A DNA stretch of 64,000 nucleotides from a virus. A program made the position numbers and the translations under genes. The stretch is from positions 1 through 64,000 of the IMG/VR virus record IMGVR_UViG_3300030110_002054; one strand, given 5' to 3'. This document shows positions 45,133-55,654 of the stretch, piece after piece (the first letter of the stretch is position 1; each line of letters begins with the position of its first letter). A model generated the notes under the pieces. The model was given only the letters and a program-made list of their open reading frames with translations. It made no database searches and was not told the DNA's origin.

Positions 45133-47198
45133 TGTCATGGCAAACTTCACTTCTCAAGGCATCCTTTGATACTCAAAAAATCAAAGCCGGAAGTGTTAGT
45201 CATAAGATAATCGTGGCTCTAGATGCCAGCAATCTAGATGGCATCATTAAGAAAATTAAATCTCAAGAAATGAATCTAGGTGGGGTAAGAAGTTCCCTCA
45301 ATAAAATTATCAGACTCTTCAATCAAGTGAATGAGCAATCTAAATCTATGAAAGGGCCACAATGGGAAAAGGCAAAAGAAAGATATGAGGATGTTACCTT
45401 TGCGGCACAAGCCATAGATGTCCCAATTGAATCACACCTGATGGAGAACGCTGAGAAACTCAAGGAGATGTTGGATGACCTTGCTCCGGCAAAAATGTCA
45501 GGTGGAAAAAGAAATCCGAATTACAAAGATAAGGTTCCCAAGAAAGTTCTGAATTTATACACTAAATTCTTGAATCAGGATTTTCAGCCTCTTGTGGATT
45601 ATCTGAACGAAGGTAGTCAAGATGCAAAGAAAGCCAAGATAAAGCAACTACGACTTTGGGAGAAGAACAACAACAAATTCGTGAAGGTCTTGAAATCACA
45701 GAAGGCTAACAAGGCTAAGTTGATGGGATACGATACACTCGATGTTGAACTCCTACTTCCTGATGATTTCAATTATAATATTCTTCCCAAGGCTTGGAAG
45801 CAAGAGGAACAAGCAAACGGTGTTTTGGTTACCCTGCCAAGTTGGATTACAATCCTACAGGGTAAGAAAATGTCAGGTGGACAGCCAAGTAAGCCAATTA
45901 CTAGGAATTTCTTCGCTAAGGTTTTCAATCAGCCTAAGTATTCTTCAACTAGAATTGCCGCCTCTACTAAAGTTGAAGTCGAAGGTATAACTGATGACAT
46001 AGCATTAGGATACATGCAACATGTATTGACAAAGGTATCAGGTGCAGATAGGCAACCCTTCATGCCTAATCTTGGGAAGGCGGGAGACATGTCAACTGGT
46101 TCTGCCAAGAAAGTAAACACAATGCTATTCGGAATTGGAAGCGGGCATCAAATGGGAACCGCGAAGACTCTTCCTTTACTTGAGTATCTATTCAGAAAGA
46201 AAAAGATAGACATTGATTCAGGATTCGCTACAGACACTACCAAAGAGGCTCTGACCAAAGATGCAGTTTATCGTAAGATGAATCGTGGTGGAGTTGATGA
46301 GAAGTATAAGGAAATAGTTGAGTTGTTTGAGAATCGAACCAAGAATAAGGGGGACACATCAGGCTTCGCTAAGTTTGAGTTAGATGTGAGAGCCGCAGGT
46401 AAAGAAATGGTGGAATTGTATGAGGAGTTGAAGAAGGATACTCCTCTCATCCCAAGTGGATTATCTGTTGATATGAGAGATTTCTTGCTAAAGCCGGGAG
46501 TAAGGGGATGGAAATCCAAGCCTGACCTAAAGGCAGAATATGCAGCAATACATCAAATTCTTCCAAATGGACAAGCAATAAAACAAATGAGATTTGGCGA
46601 AACTGTTTATGGAGATAGGAAACAGGCTGATGAGACAAAGAGAGTTGAGCAAATTCATACTGCATTAAATCGCATGAGGCCATCAAAACAAGATAGTCAA
46701 ATTTTAGTTCCTAGTAGTGAAGCAGATGTTGACCTCCTAAAGTTCCTTTTCACTAGTGTTGACTACAATCCTATTGCAACATTGAAAGAAGCCTTTGCTG
46801 AAAAGATAAAAACAGACGATGATTATGTTCGGTTTGCCATCAAAGACCAACTACAATTATCATTCGTTTATTTGATAGGGGCTTTGAAACATTTAGAATC
46901 AACTTTGTTGGGTTCCAATACTATCCATAAGGCGTTGTTAAAAACTGTCAAGGTCAAGCGAGTTTTCGATAAGAAGTCTAAACAGTTTGTAGAGGGTAAA
47001 CCACCAACCGCAGAAGAAATGGAAAAGTTGGAAACTCAATTAGAAACAGAAATCAATACGGTTTATCCACAGATAAGAGACAAATTGATTGAAGCAACGA
47101 AAGAAAAAATTAGCGAAGTTTTGAACGAGCCAATAGTTATTGACAAGGATGGTGTCGCACAACCATTGGATTGGCTCAAAGAAAGACCGGGAATGTGA
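45132..47198 (+). CDS. Large Lys-rich hypothetical protein with WxxxLLK start
   Basis: 688 aa, starts MSWQTSLLKA. Confidence 0.75.
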   Translation: MSWQTSLLKASFDTQKIKAGSVSHKIIVALDASNLDGIIKKIKSQEMNLGGVRSSLNKIIRLFNQVNEQSKSMKGPQWEKAKERYEDVTFAAQAIDVPIESHLMENAEKLKEMLDDLAPAKMSGGKRNPNYKDKVPKKVLNLYTKFLNQDFQPLVDYLNEGSQDAKKAKIKQLRLWEKNNNKFVKVLKSQKANKAKLMGYDTLDVELLLPDDFNYNILPKAWKQEEQANGVLVTLPSWITILQGKKMSGGQPSKPITRNFFAKVFNQPKYSSTRIAASTKVEVEGITDDIALGYMQHVLTKVSGADRQPFMPNLGKAGDMSTGSAKKVNTMLFGIGSGHQMGTAKTLPLLEYLFRKKKIDIDSGFATDTTKEALTKDAVYRKMNRGGVDEKYKEIVELFENRTKNKGDTSGFAKFELDVRAAGKEMVELYEELKKDTPLIPSGLSVDMRDFLLKPGVRGWKSKPDLKAEYAAIHQILPNGQAIKQMRFGETVYGDRKQADETKRVEQIHTALNRMRPSKQDSQILVPSSEADVDLLKFLFTSVDYNPIATLKEAFAEKIKTDDDYVRFAIKDQLQLSFVYLIGALKHLESTLLGSNTIHKALLKTVKVKRVFDKKSKQFVEGKPPTAEEMEKLETQLETEINTVYPQIRDKLIEATKEKISEVLNEPIVIDKDGVAQPLDWLKERPGM

Positions 47199-47202
47199 TG
47201 AT

Positions 47203-50196
47203 ATGGTCAGAGAAGATGTGGATATCGAAATAAATCGAGATGAGGTCTTACCTACTATCTTAACTGAGGGTCTAGATGAAATCGCAGAAATGGTATTTGA
47301 ATCTCTTCTACAACAATACGAAAGAGATAATCAAGGCGACCCAAATAATGAGGATAAAGCCGAGCAACAAACAGAAAATAGACTAAAGAACGTATTGAAT
47401 AGTATTCCTGAAGATGCTCTTTATGAATTCCTAGTAGAAAACATGACAGTAGTTATGGAGAAGGGAGAAGGTGAGGAATCACTACGAGAAAAAGGTAAGG
47501 AATCTGTCTTCTATAAACACCCGAATGGTAAGATTCTAGTTTTGCCACAATTCCTAGACATAACTGAGGAACAAGAAGCCGTCCAAAAGAAAATTGTTAA
47601 TCGAATTCAGAAAAAATATCGAAATTTAGCGAGTTTACCAAGAGGAGTGCTTGTTCAACAGATGAGATACATCTTCACGAACGCGGTTTCGACACATGTA
47701 TCAGGAAAAGGCAGAACCGTTAAGGAAACTAGAGAACATTTAGGCACAATAGGGCAAAAAGGCCAAAGAAGCAGAGTAGAATTAATGGATAAGTCTCTAA
47801 TGACCAATATTTTGAATAAATTTTGGCTTCCATCTAGTGGAAAGAATCTAACTTTCAAAAGTGTCTTCGATGATGATTGGAATCCAAAAGAAATTGACCT
47901 TAGTGGTGTCAATTTGAAGAAAAATATGACAGAAGACAAAATTCGACAACTAACAGGGCAAATTCAACGATATGATTTGCAAATACAAAACCATTTGGAG
48001 CCACTAGTCAATGTTTTGGAAGTAACACTACGAAATGATGGCGTTAAAGTTGAATTTGAGGCTGATGCGTTCATTGGTAGTTATGATTTGAAGAAACTGA
48101 ACAGAAGACAAGCCATTTACAGTTATTGGGGTGACATAAACGATGAATATGATGTTTTCAAAGATAAATTTGAATCATTTTACGATGCATTAGGTGATGT
48201 TGAGTTAGATGAAGAAGAATTTCAAGATAACAAGAAAATAAAGGCCATTGTCGAAATATTAGATAAGTTAGAGGACGATGACCAACTGAAGAAGAAAATA
48301 ATGAATGGTGATTTAAATTATATTGTTAAATTCAAGCCTCTAACACTACAAACTAACTTTTCAGAAGATAAAGGCTGGTTATTGTTTGAAAAGATGGCAA
48401 AGGAGATTGGAATCTTCGATGATTTTGATGCAAAGGAACTCGCAGACGAAATAAGTAACGTAGATGCTCGCCGTGAGAAACAAACCTCACTAAGTTTCGG
48501 TGGAAATGACTCATTACAATCTGATGAAGGAAAAACCAGCGATTACATGGCTGACACTATGGATACGGGCATTGATAGTAAAGGCGAAGAGAAAGTCCGA
48601 GGAGGAAGTCTTGAACATGAGATTAAGCAAGTATCTGAGATGGGAATTTTGCTTCAGGAACTAGTAAATGTCGAAGTTGACCCACTATACTATCATGCCT
48701 TCATGAAAGAAGGTGCAATCTTCAAGGACATGGTAGTTTTCGCAAATGAACTTGAAGAAATCAAATCTGCAATGCTTAGTGCCGGAGCCGCAAGAGAATT
48801 AGTTGACGGCGTGGAAGTCGATGATGATATCATAGACTATCTTGAAGAATTGACAAAATATGCTGCAATAGAAGGCAAAGGAGGATATTATTTGCCACTT
48901 CAACAAACCACTAACACATTTATCGCTGATTTGGATAAAGACTTCTCAATGGAGGACGTAATAGATGCAAAGGGCGATACTGTTAGAAATCTAGGAAGTG
49001 AGAACGAAATTAATACTAGGTTGAAAGATATTGGAAAGTTCCTCAGTCTCATTGCAGGAATTCTAGATGCTGGTAAGGATTTAACGCAATCAGCAAGTCC
49101 TTCTATTGCAGATACAGAAGATACCTCAGTAGGCCCAAAGAAAAACTCACCCAAGACAGATAAACCTGAATTGGGTCGAAGTCCTTTCACAAGTGCTACT
49201 TTCTTAGGAAGAGATAACAAGGAAAATCTTCTAGAAGAGTTAGAAGATGTTAAGGAAGAATTTGATGAACTATTGGAGGCAATAATTGATTTCTTCATCG
49301 TTCCCATGTTAGGCAGTAAAGTTCCTTTCGATGACCCCATCCCATTTGAATTCACAAACAGTAATGCACTCAGATACTTCAAGATATTAGGAGGTGGCAA
49401 GAAACCTGATAGCGCATTCTTCCGTGCTATGGTGATGGAAGGAAGAAGAGGCCCATTGTTCATCAAGAAGAATCAACTTGAGACTTTGGTGAAGGATTTG
49501 GAATATGTTACTTCTCCGGGGGAACAGAAAGACCTCCCCACTCTTTTGAATAAATTTAGAAGTCTAGGAGATACTGTAAATTACATTCTGAAACTAAAGA
49601 AGCGCAGTAGATTAGGTCAACAGGTATATGCAGAATTGGGTCATTCTCTAAGTGAGATACTTGATGATAACAATATGACTTGGCCTGAAGACCAAGTATT
49701 TCCAGCGAAGGCATCTTGGGGTAAGACCCCACAACAATGGGAAGAGGAATACAACAAGAATCCAAATTATGTTTGGCCATTGGGATATATCGTTAGTCAC
49801 ATAAAGAGGAATAGAGAAGGCTACAGTCAAAACCCTAGAACACAAGCGAAGGGTAGAGATAGAAAGCAGACAGGGGCAAACACACTTATCCAAAGATTCT
49901 TCTCTGCAATTGATGATATGAAATTAACAAGAAGCCTTGCTGAATTGCAGATACTAGAAACACACGACAACATCAGGAAGATGCTTGGTAAACCAGTATT
50001 CTACAATACTGCCAAGGTAGACAATTATGAACATGTGATGACCGCAATTCGCAAACTTGACGAGAAATACAATGTGGAAGTATCTGCTTTTGAGATTGAA
50101 AGCATCGTCAATGAAATCGGTTCTATGGCTGAGATAGGAAAGAAGCATGGAATTCCAACGGAGGGTGTGTATTTCGTCAAGGCTAACTTCAGGTGA
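47203..50196 (+). CDS. Large acidic hypothetical protein
   Basis: About 1000 aa. Start revised to MVREDV. Possible C-terminal HTH (MAEIGKKHGIP). Confidence 0.75.
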   Translation: MVREDVDIEINRDEVLPTILTEGLDEIAEMVFESLLQQYERDNQGDPNNEDKAEQQTENRLKNVLNSIPEDALYEFLVENMTVVMEKGEGEESLREKGKESVFYKHPNGKILVLPQFLDITEEQEAVQKKIVNRIQKKYRNLASLPRGVLVQQMRYIFTNAVSTHVSGKGRTVKETREHLGTIGQKGQRSRVELMDKSLMTNILNKFWLPSSGKNLTFKSVFDDDWNPKEIDLSGVNLKKNMTEDKIRQLTGQIQRYDLQIQNHLEPLVNVLEVTLRNDGVKVEFEADAFIGSYDLKKLNRRQAIYSYWGDINDEYDVFKDKFESFYDALGDVELDEEEFQDNKKIKAIVEILDKLEDDDQLKKKIMNGDLNYIVKFKPLTLQTNFSEDKGWLLFEKMAKEIGIFDDFDAKELADEISNVDARREKQTSLSFGGNDSLQSDEGKTSDYMADTMDTGIDSKGEEKVRGGSLEHEIKQVSEMGILLQELVNVEVDPLYYHAFMKEGAIFKDMVVFANELEEIKSAMLSAGAARELVDGVEVDDDIIDYLEELTKYAAIEGKGGYYLPLQQTTNTFIADLDKDFSMEDVIDAKGDTVRNLGSENEINTRLKDIGKFLSLIAGILDAGKDLTQSASPSIADTEDTSVGPKKNSPKTDKPELGRSPFTSATFLGRDNKENLLEELEDVKEEFDELLEAIIDFFIVPMLGSKVPFDDPIPFEFTNSNALRYFKILGGGKKPDSAFFRAMVMEGRRGPLFIKKNQLETLVKDLEYVTSPGEQKDLPTLLNKFRSLGDTVNYILKLKKRSRLGQQVYAELGHSLSEILDDNNMTWPEDQVFPAKASWGKTPQQWEEEYNKNPNYVWPLGYIVSHIKRNREGYSQNPRTQAKGRDRKQTGANTLIQRFFSAIDDMKLTRSLAELQILETHDNIRKMLGKPVFYNTAKVDNYEHVMTAIRKLDEKYNVEVSAFEIESIVNEIGSMAEIGKKHGIPTEGVYFVKANFR

Positions 50197-50200
50197 TTAG

Positions 50201-50710
50201 ATGACGGAAGACTTCAAGACATTCACAAGTGAGGAAGAAGTAAAATTTCTTTGGGATAGAGATAATCCCGAAGACCCCTACACTAGAGATAAGAAGGACA
50301 TTCCCGATTTCTACAGGTTAGATAATTGGGTAGTCAGATACAAAGATGGTTATGTCGTTGGTGTTGCAGGTTGGAAAGACCACGGAGATTTTGCAGTCTT
50401 TGGTGGAATGAAAGCAATGGCAAAGAACCATCCTTCAGGAAGGGGTGGCGATAATGCAATAGCACTCCTAAACAAGAGAAAGGAACTTATTGGAAACAAA
50501 CCAAAGATTGCAGGTTTCAGACCGGAGAAGATGGATGCTGAAAGATGGACTAATTGGAATGTAGGCCAAGGATATGTTCGTGCGCCGGATTCTTTTGAGA
50601 ATGTTCCCGAAGAATGGCTTGAGATGTTTAGAGAAAGATATGGTGACCATTGGGGTGTAATGAAGTTCGCATCTTGGAGAAACACCATAACGATGGGAAG
50701 TTGGTTGTGA
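50201..50710 (+). CDS. Hypothetical protein, possible GNAT fold
   Basis: WVV...DG.VVGVAG...HP..RGG pattern. Confidence 0.45.
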   Translation: MTEDFKTFTSEEEVKFLWDRDNPEDPYTRDKKDIPDFYRLDNWVVRYKDGYVVGVAGWKDHGDFAVFGGMKAMAKNHPSGRGGDNAIALLNKRKELIGNKPKIAGFRPEKMDAERWTNWNVGQGYVRAPDSFENVPEEWLEMFRERYGDHWGVMKFASWRNTITMGSWL

Positions 50711-52143
50711 TGGAATTAGACAACATGGACTTCATGTCCTCTATGGATATGGAATTATCAAAGGCATCATTCCCTTATTTCTTTCAGAACGTACTCGGTA
50801 TGATGTATCCTGACTACATGAAAGAATGGTTAGAAACCATGCAAGGCACAGATAGAACAGTTATCGTCTGTGCGCGTGACCACGGTAAATCTGTCTTCAT
50901 GCACAGTTGGGTTGTTTGGAACCTAATCTTCCAAGAGCCTCCATTTCAGATGCTATACATCTCATCGAACCAAAAGCAGACTCTAGTTCACATGAGGGAG
51001 ATTGACAGATACTTCAATCATCCAGCATTGAAGAAATACAAACCTAGTAGGGGTTGGGCAATCGGTAACATTCAACTCACTAATGGCAACGCTATCCTAG
51101 AGAGGTCAGTTGGTTCTCAGATTAGGGGGCTTCATCCACAGGAGATTATCATTGATGACCCTTTGAAGGAGTTCAGTCTATCTGCTATCCAAAGAGTAAC
51201 TGATTGGTTCTTCGGTGATATGATACCTACGCTTCACCATTCATCGAATCTTAGAATGATTGGAACTCCATTCACCTATACGGATATCTTCGCGCAACTA
51301 GAAGAGAACCAAGCCTACACCGTGAAGAAGTATCCTTGTTTGGATTCCATGAATGACCCGTTGTGGCCTGAGCGATGGGACTATGATGCTCTCATGCAAA
51401 GAAAAGCAGAGATAGGTTCACTCAAATTCACGCGAGAGTATCTTTGTGTTCCAATCTCAACCGGAACCGCATTGTTCAATCCTGAATATATTGACAAATG
51501 TAAGAGCAAAGAACACGTTCTCAAATTAGGAAATAGAAAAGATAAGGGATACAAATACTATGTTGGTGTTGACCCTGCTATCTCCACAGATGGTGATTAC
51601 AATGTCATTACTGTATTGGAAGTAGATGAGGAGATGAACAAAACAATAGTTCATGTTGACAGGGCGAAGAATGTGGAGTTTAGAGAGAACATAGAGAAGA
51701 TTAGACTGATTGGTAAAATATACCAACCGGAGGAGATTCTCTATGAGACAAATACATTCGCTAAGGCATTTACACAGGAGTTGCGAAGTATCTCCGATTT
51801 GAATGTGAGAGACTTCCATACGACTAGGAAGAATAAACAAGAGATAATTTTGAATCTACAAATGAATATAGAGAATCAGAAACTTAGATTTCCCTATGGG
51901 GATAATGCTAGTCGCAAGTTGACTGGAATGCTAATCGAAGAATTGTCTATGTTTGCCATTACCAGTAGCGGAAAGTTTGAGGGCGTGGGCGCACACGATG
52001 ACCTTGTTATGAGCCTCGCTCTTGCTAATGCTGCTACTCAAAATCCCAACGAAGTCTTCCTACTATTGGATGATATGGGGATATTTTCAGACCCTAAACC
52101 CACGAATACGTCTATAGGCGGGATGCTAGGATTAAACTTTTGA
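50710..52143 (+). CDS. terL: Terminase large subunit
   Basis: Walker A ARDHGKS, RGLHP..IIIDD, IGTP, nuclease YVGVDPA and HDDLVMSLALA. Confidence 0.95.
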   Translation: MELDNMDFMSSMDMELSKASFPYFFQNVLGMMYPDYMKEWLETMQGTDRTVIVCARDHGKSVFMHSWVVWNLIFQEPPFQMLYISSNQKQTLVHMREIDRYFNHPALKKYKPSRGWAIGNIQLTNGNAILERSVGSQIRGLHPQEIIIDDPLKEFSLSAIQRVTDWFFGDMIPTLHHSSNLRMIGTPFTYTDIFAQLEENQAYTVKKYPCLDSMNDPLWPERWDYDALMQRKAEIGSLKFTREYLCVPISTGTALFNPEYIDKCKSKEHVLKLGNRKDKGYKYYVGVDPAISTDGDYNVITVLEVDEEMNKTIVHVDRAKNVEFRENIEKIRLIGKIYQPEEILYETNTFAKAFTQELRSISDLNVRDFHTTRKNKQEIILNLQMNIENQKLRFPYGDNASRKLTGMLIEELSMFAITSSGKFEGVGAHDDLVMSLALANAATQNPNEVFLLLDDMGIFSDPKPTNTSIGGMLGLNF

Positions 52144-52152
52144 GGGCTTGCT

Positions 52153-53493
52153 ATGATGGGAGGAAGTGACAAAAAAGAAAGTGAGAAATTCGATGAACTT
52201 GCAGATGTTGCAAGAAGGAAGGAAGCCATCGAAGAAGAACAGAGAAGAATCACTCAGGAGATGAAAAACGCATGGTTAGACAGTTCCCCACTTGAAGACC
52301 AGTTTAGCATAGAGAAGAATTTTGCTGAGGATTTCAAAATTAGCCTAAGTGAGGCTAAGAAAATGCTTCACATTGATATGAAGAAATACCAAGTCGAGGG
52401 AACAGATATTCCTAAACTCGTAAAATCCCTGAAGGAATATAGAAGGACGCTCAAGGGTGAAGAGAAGATAAATGTCACAAAGGCAATAGATAATCTGATT
52501 GTATCTTATGGTGACCATTTACATGACAGTATTAACAAAATATATTGGCTAAAAAAATACTCTTCTGTTCTGAAAGAAATGAACTGTTCTGAGGAAGACA
52601 TACTCAAACTCTCCTTCGTTAATGATTTATCTACCCGTAGAGATATGATAGACACGCTTTGCAAATATTGGGAGGCTAGTCTAGAAAGAAGGGATATGCC
52701 ATACAACGAAGAGTATTCATCTCTATCGAAACAGATGACAAATGGTAAGAGGGAATTTAAGAAATTAATCAAGAGTCACATGGTGAATGTGAAGCCCAAG
52801 GAAATAATCAATCAACACATACTAAAGGCAATTTGTGAAGAACCGGGAATTTCTTCTAGACAAATACATGAGAAACTACCTAAGCCTCTCTTCAAGAGAA
52901 CCACACCAAGCATAATTTCTAAGATGGCCATCAAGAATAATGTTACTACTGTCAATGGTGCTTTTTACAAATTTTCAGATGACATCAAGAAAGATATCTA
53001 TGCATATACTGCGGCCTTCATTGATTCAGATGGCTACATAACTATGGATAGAAATTTTAATCCTAGAGTTGGGTTAGTTGCTACTGGCGACAGAGGCAAG
53101 GCATTCATGATGGAGATGCATAAATCCCTTGGATGTGGTAGACTACACCTTGACCAAAAATCACCACAAAATACGAGAGCAGTAAATAGATTAAATTTCT
53201 ATTCTGCGGCAGATGTTACTGAACTACTAACAAAGTGCTTACCCCATTTCAAGATGAAGAAAGGAAATGCAGAGATTCTCCTAGAGTTAGTCAGAATGAA
53301 GAAGTCCCACAAGAAGGCCGAGTGGTACAAGACAAGAAGAGAGGAACTTTTCAAACTAATGAAGTACGAGAATCACAAAGACCATGTTGGCTATGATTTC
53401 ATACAGGACGGGATAGATGTTGATAACATATCAAAACTGTATGGAAATTCTAAGATGTTGGAAATGGATAAGTTAGAGGGTTTGATTGCATGA
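52153..53493 (+). CDS. Protein with C-terminal LAGLIDADG homing-endonuclease domain
   Basis: AYTAAFIDSDG...LGCG...LPHFKMKK. Preceded by a long helical region and a wHTH-like EPGISSRQI segment. Confidence 0.8.
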   Translation: MMGGSDKKESEKFDELADVARRKEAIEEEQRRITQEMKNAWLDSSPLEDQFSIEKNFAEDFKISLSEAKKMLHIDMKKYQVEGTDIPKLVKSLKEYRRTLKGEEKINVTKAIDNLIVSYGDHLHDSINKIYWLKKYSSVLKEMNCSEEDILKLSFVNDLSTRRDMIDTLCKYWEASLERRDMPYNEEYSSLSKQMTNGKREFKKLIKSHMVNVKPKEIINQHILKAICEEPGISSRQIHEKLPKPLFKRTTPSIISKMAIKNNVTTVNGAFYKFSDDIKKDIYAYTAAFIDSDGYITMDRNFNPRVGLVATGDRGKAFMMEMHKSLGCGRLHLDQKSPQNTRAVNRLNFYSAADVTELLTKCLPHFKMKKGNAEILLELVRMKKSHKKAEWYKTRREELFKLMKYENHKDHVGYDFIQDGIDVDNISKLYGNSKMLEMDKLEGLIA

Positions 53494-53645
53494 AGTGGCA
53501 AGAGGTTTTGAAGAAGAAGCCTGTCGATGAGGCAATAGATGACTTAGAGGACATTGCAGAAGACCATGATTTATCCCAAGATGAATGGAGTTCTGTCGAT
53601 GATGCCTCTGATTATTTGTTTGAGCATAAGGTGAAGGAGGATTAG
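53490..53645 (+). CDS. WxxILK-motif microprotein (51 aa, not in ORF track)
   Basis: MKWQEVLKKKPVDEAIDDLE... fills the gap before the portal gene. Confidence 0.65.
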   Translation: MKWQEVLKKKPVDEAIDDLEDIAEDHDLSQDEWSSVDDASDYLFEHKVKED

Positions 53646-53647
53646 TT

Positions 53648-55318
53648 ATGGTAGAAGATAAGCGTAGATTTAGTGTTAGAAATTTGTTCAGAAGAACTAC
53701 GCCAAAACCTACTGATAGGACGATATTCAATCCCGGTATTCAAGAGAAGAATACCTCCTACATGCTTACTTCTCCAATCATTTACCACATGGTTCAACAA
53801 TCCACCATTGTTAGAACCTGTATAACTCAACTCAAACAGGAGATATTCAGGAGAGGCTACACTTGGGAAGAGAAGTTCGTTGCTAAGTGTAAAGCATGTG
53901 GAGAAGAACATGGGTCACCTGCAAAGAAATGCAAATCCTGTGGCTCAGTAGACTTGGTGAAGCCTGACCCCAAACAATTAGATTATGCACATGATTTCTT
54001 AGAAGGCTATGTCAACAAGTCCGAACAACTTTTTATTGACGTTCTCAAAGAACTTGAGGATGATTTGAATATCATGGATGACGCATATCTTGTCATCGTC
54101 AAAGAATATTACATGGATAGTAATGCAGAAATCAAGATGCATAGAATCAAGGAAATATACAGGGGTGACCCTGTAACTATGCATATCTATTCTAATGAGA
54201 TTGGAGAAAGAGGAAGTAAAGGATATACTTGTTTGAAGCACAGGAATAAGGTCTACACTAATTCAACTGATTTATGTGAAGAGTGTAATTCAGAATTACA
54301 TCCTATCCATTACGTCAATAGAGTAAATGGAGAAGAACAGAATTTCATCAAGGGAGAAGTATTGCATTTCAGTAAGTATTCCCCAAGTAGGTTGTATGGT
54401 CTTTCACCTATCATCACCCTTTGGAATAATGTAACCACATTGATTGCAATGGAGAATTATGTTAACTCATCATATACAAAGGCAAGAATGCCAAGAGGAC
54501 TACTAGCGGTTCAAACTAGAAACATGGATTCAATGAAGTCATTTTGGCGTGGTGTCAAAGAAAAGATGGAACAAGACCCACACTTCATTCCTGTAATGGG
54601 TATAGAATCCGATAATGGCAAAGGCTCCGTTGAATGGGTGAAGTTCATGGATAGCCTGAAGGAGATGGACTACATCTCAGTCAAGGATGATTTGCGAGAT
54701 AGAATCTCTGCATTCTATGGTGTGAGTAAAATCTTCATGGCAGATAACTCCGCTAGTGGTGGACTCAACAATGAGGGAATGCAGGTTCTTGTAACCAATA
54801 GAGCAGTTGAGATGGCACAGACAATTTGGAATAACTATGTCTTCCCATTCATGACGAAGGAGTTCGGCATAACTGATTGGGAATTGAAACTCCCACCGTC
54901 CGAGGAAGAGGATGAGATAGCAAAACTCAGAAAGAGAGAGATAGAAGTAAACGTAGCGGCGGCAATCAAGAATCTAGGATTCGATGTTGATATGGATGAT
55001 GATGGTCGATTCTCGTACAAGAAACCTGACCCTCCTCCGGGTGGTGCTGAACAAGGAGATAAAGAAGGCGAGTTAGAATTAGACCCCTACGCTGGAACAA
55101 ATATCGACCAATCACAATTAGGGCAAATGATGGAACAGGGAACTAGACCTAGTAAGGAAGAAGCAGGTCAACCAGCAGAAGTGAAAGGAAAACCCCCAAG
55201 TGGAAAGAAGAGAAATAAACCCGGTATGAATGTTGGACCGGATAAGAGATTCGCTGGAATGCCTAAAGGAGTAGGCAATGAGAATGTAGATAAGAGAACG
55301 GAAAGGAGAGTTCCATGA
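53648..55318 (+). CDS. Portal protein with Zn-ribbon insertions
   Basis: HK97-portal-like YGLSPI, MPRGLL and I.AFYGV. CKAC..CKSC and C..H..CEEC inserts. Located after terL. Confidence 0.88.
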   Translation: MVEDKRRFSVRNLFRRTTPKPTDRTIFNPGIQEKNTSYMLTSPIIYHMVQQSTIVRTCITQLKQEIFRRGYTWEEKFVAKCKACGEEHGSPAKKCKSCGSVDLVKPDPKQLDYAHDFLEGYVNKSEQLFIDVLKELEDDLNIMDDAYLVIVKEYYMDSNAEIKMHRIKEIYRGDPVTMHIYSNEIGERGSKGYTCLKHRNKVYTNSTDLCEECNSELHPIHYVNRVNGEEQNFIKGEVLHFSKYSPSRLYGLSPIITLWNNVTTLIAMENYVNSSYTKARMPRGLLAVQTRNMDSMKSFWRGVKEKMEQDPHFIPVMGIESDNGKGSVEWVKFMDSLKEMDYISVKDDLRDRISAFYGVSKIFMADNSASGGLNNEGMQVLVTNRAVEMAQTIWNNYVFPFMTKEFGITDWELKLPPSEEEDEIAKLRKREIEVNVAAAIKNLGFDVDMDDDGRFSYKKPDPPPGGAEQGDKEGELELDPYAGTNIDQSQLGQMMEQGTRPSKEEAGQPAEVKGKPPSGKKRNKPGMNVGPDKRFAGMPKGVGNENVDKRTERRVP

Positions 55319-55425
55319 GTGAACTGCTTGAAGCGGCAAGAAAATGGAAAGAAGAGATTGACAAATTGAATGCAGAAACAGATGAAAGAATTAGAAAAAA
55401 TTTGGAGGAGTTAAAAAATGAGTGA
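55315..55425 (+). CDS. Microprotein (36 aa, not in ORF track)
   Basis: MSELLEAARKWKEEIDKL... with ATGA overlap and SD. Confidence 0.5.
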   Translation: MSELLEAARKWKEEIDKLNAETDERIRKNLEELKNE

Positions 55426-55645
55426 AGAAAAAAGCGTAAGACAATTGGAAAGAGAACTGAAGGCCGCAAGAATCCGTGAGGGAACAGAAGCAAAGAAGAT
55501 GGCTACCAAGAGTAGAGACTACTCGGTTGGTGGAATCGACAAGGCAACTACTGTAGAGAAGAAAACCCCCGGTGCTAGTGATATCCCTGATGTTATCTTG
55601 ATGCCAAAGAAACGCAAGAAGCAATCTGAAAATATACCATTCTGA
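55418..55645 (+). CDS. Hypothetical protein
   Basis: GGAGG SD. ORF track entry. Confidence 0.65.
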   Translation: MSEEKSVRQLERELKAARIREGTEAKKMATKSRDYSVGGIDKATTVEKKTPGASDIPDVILMPKKRKKQSENIPF

Positions 55646-55654
55646 GATGATTAG

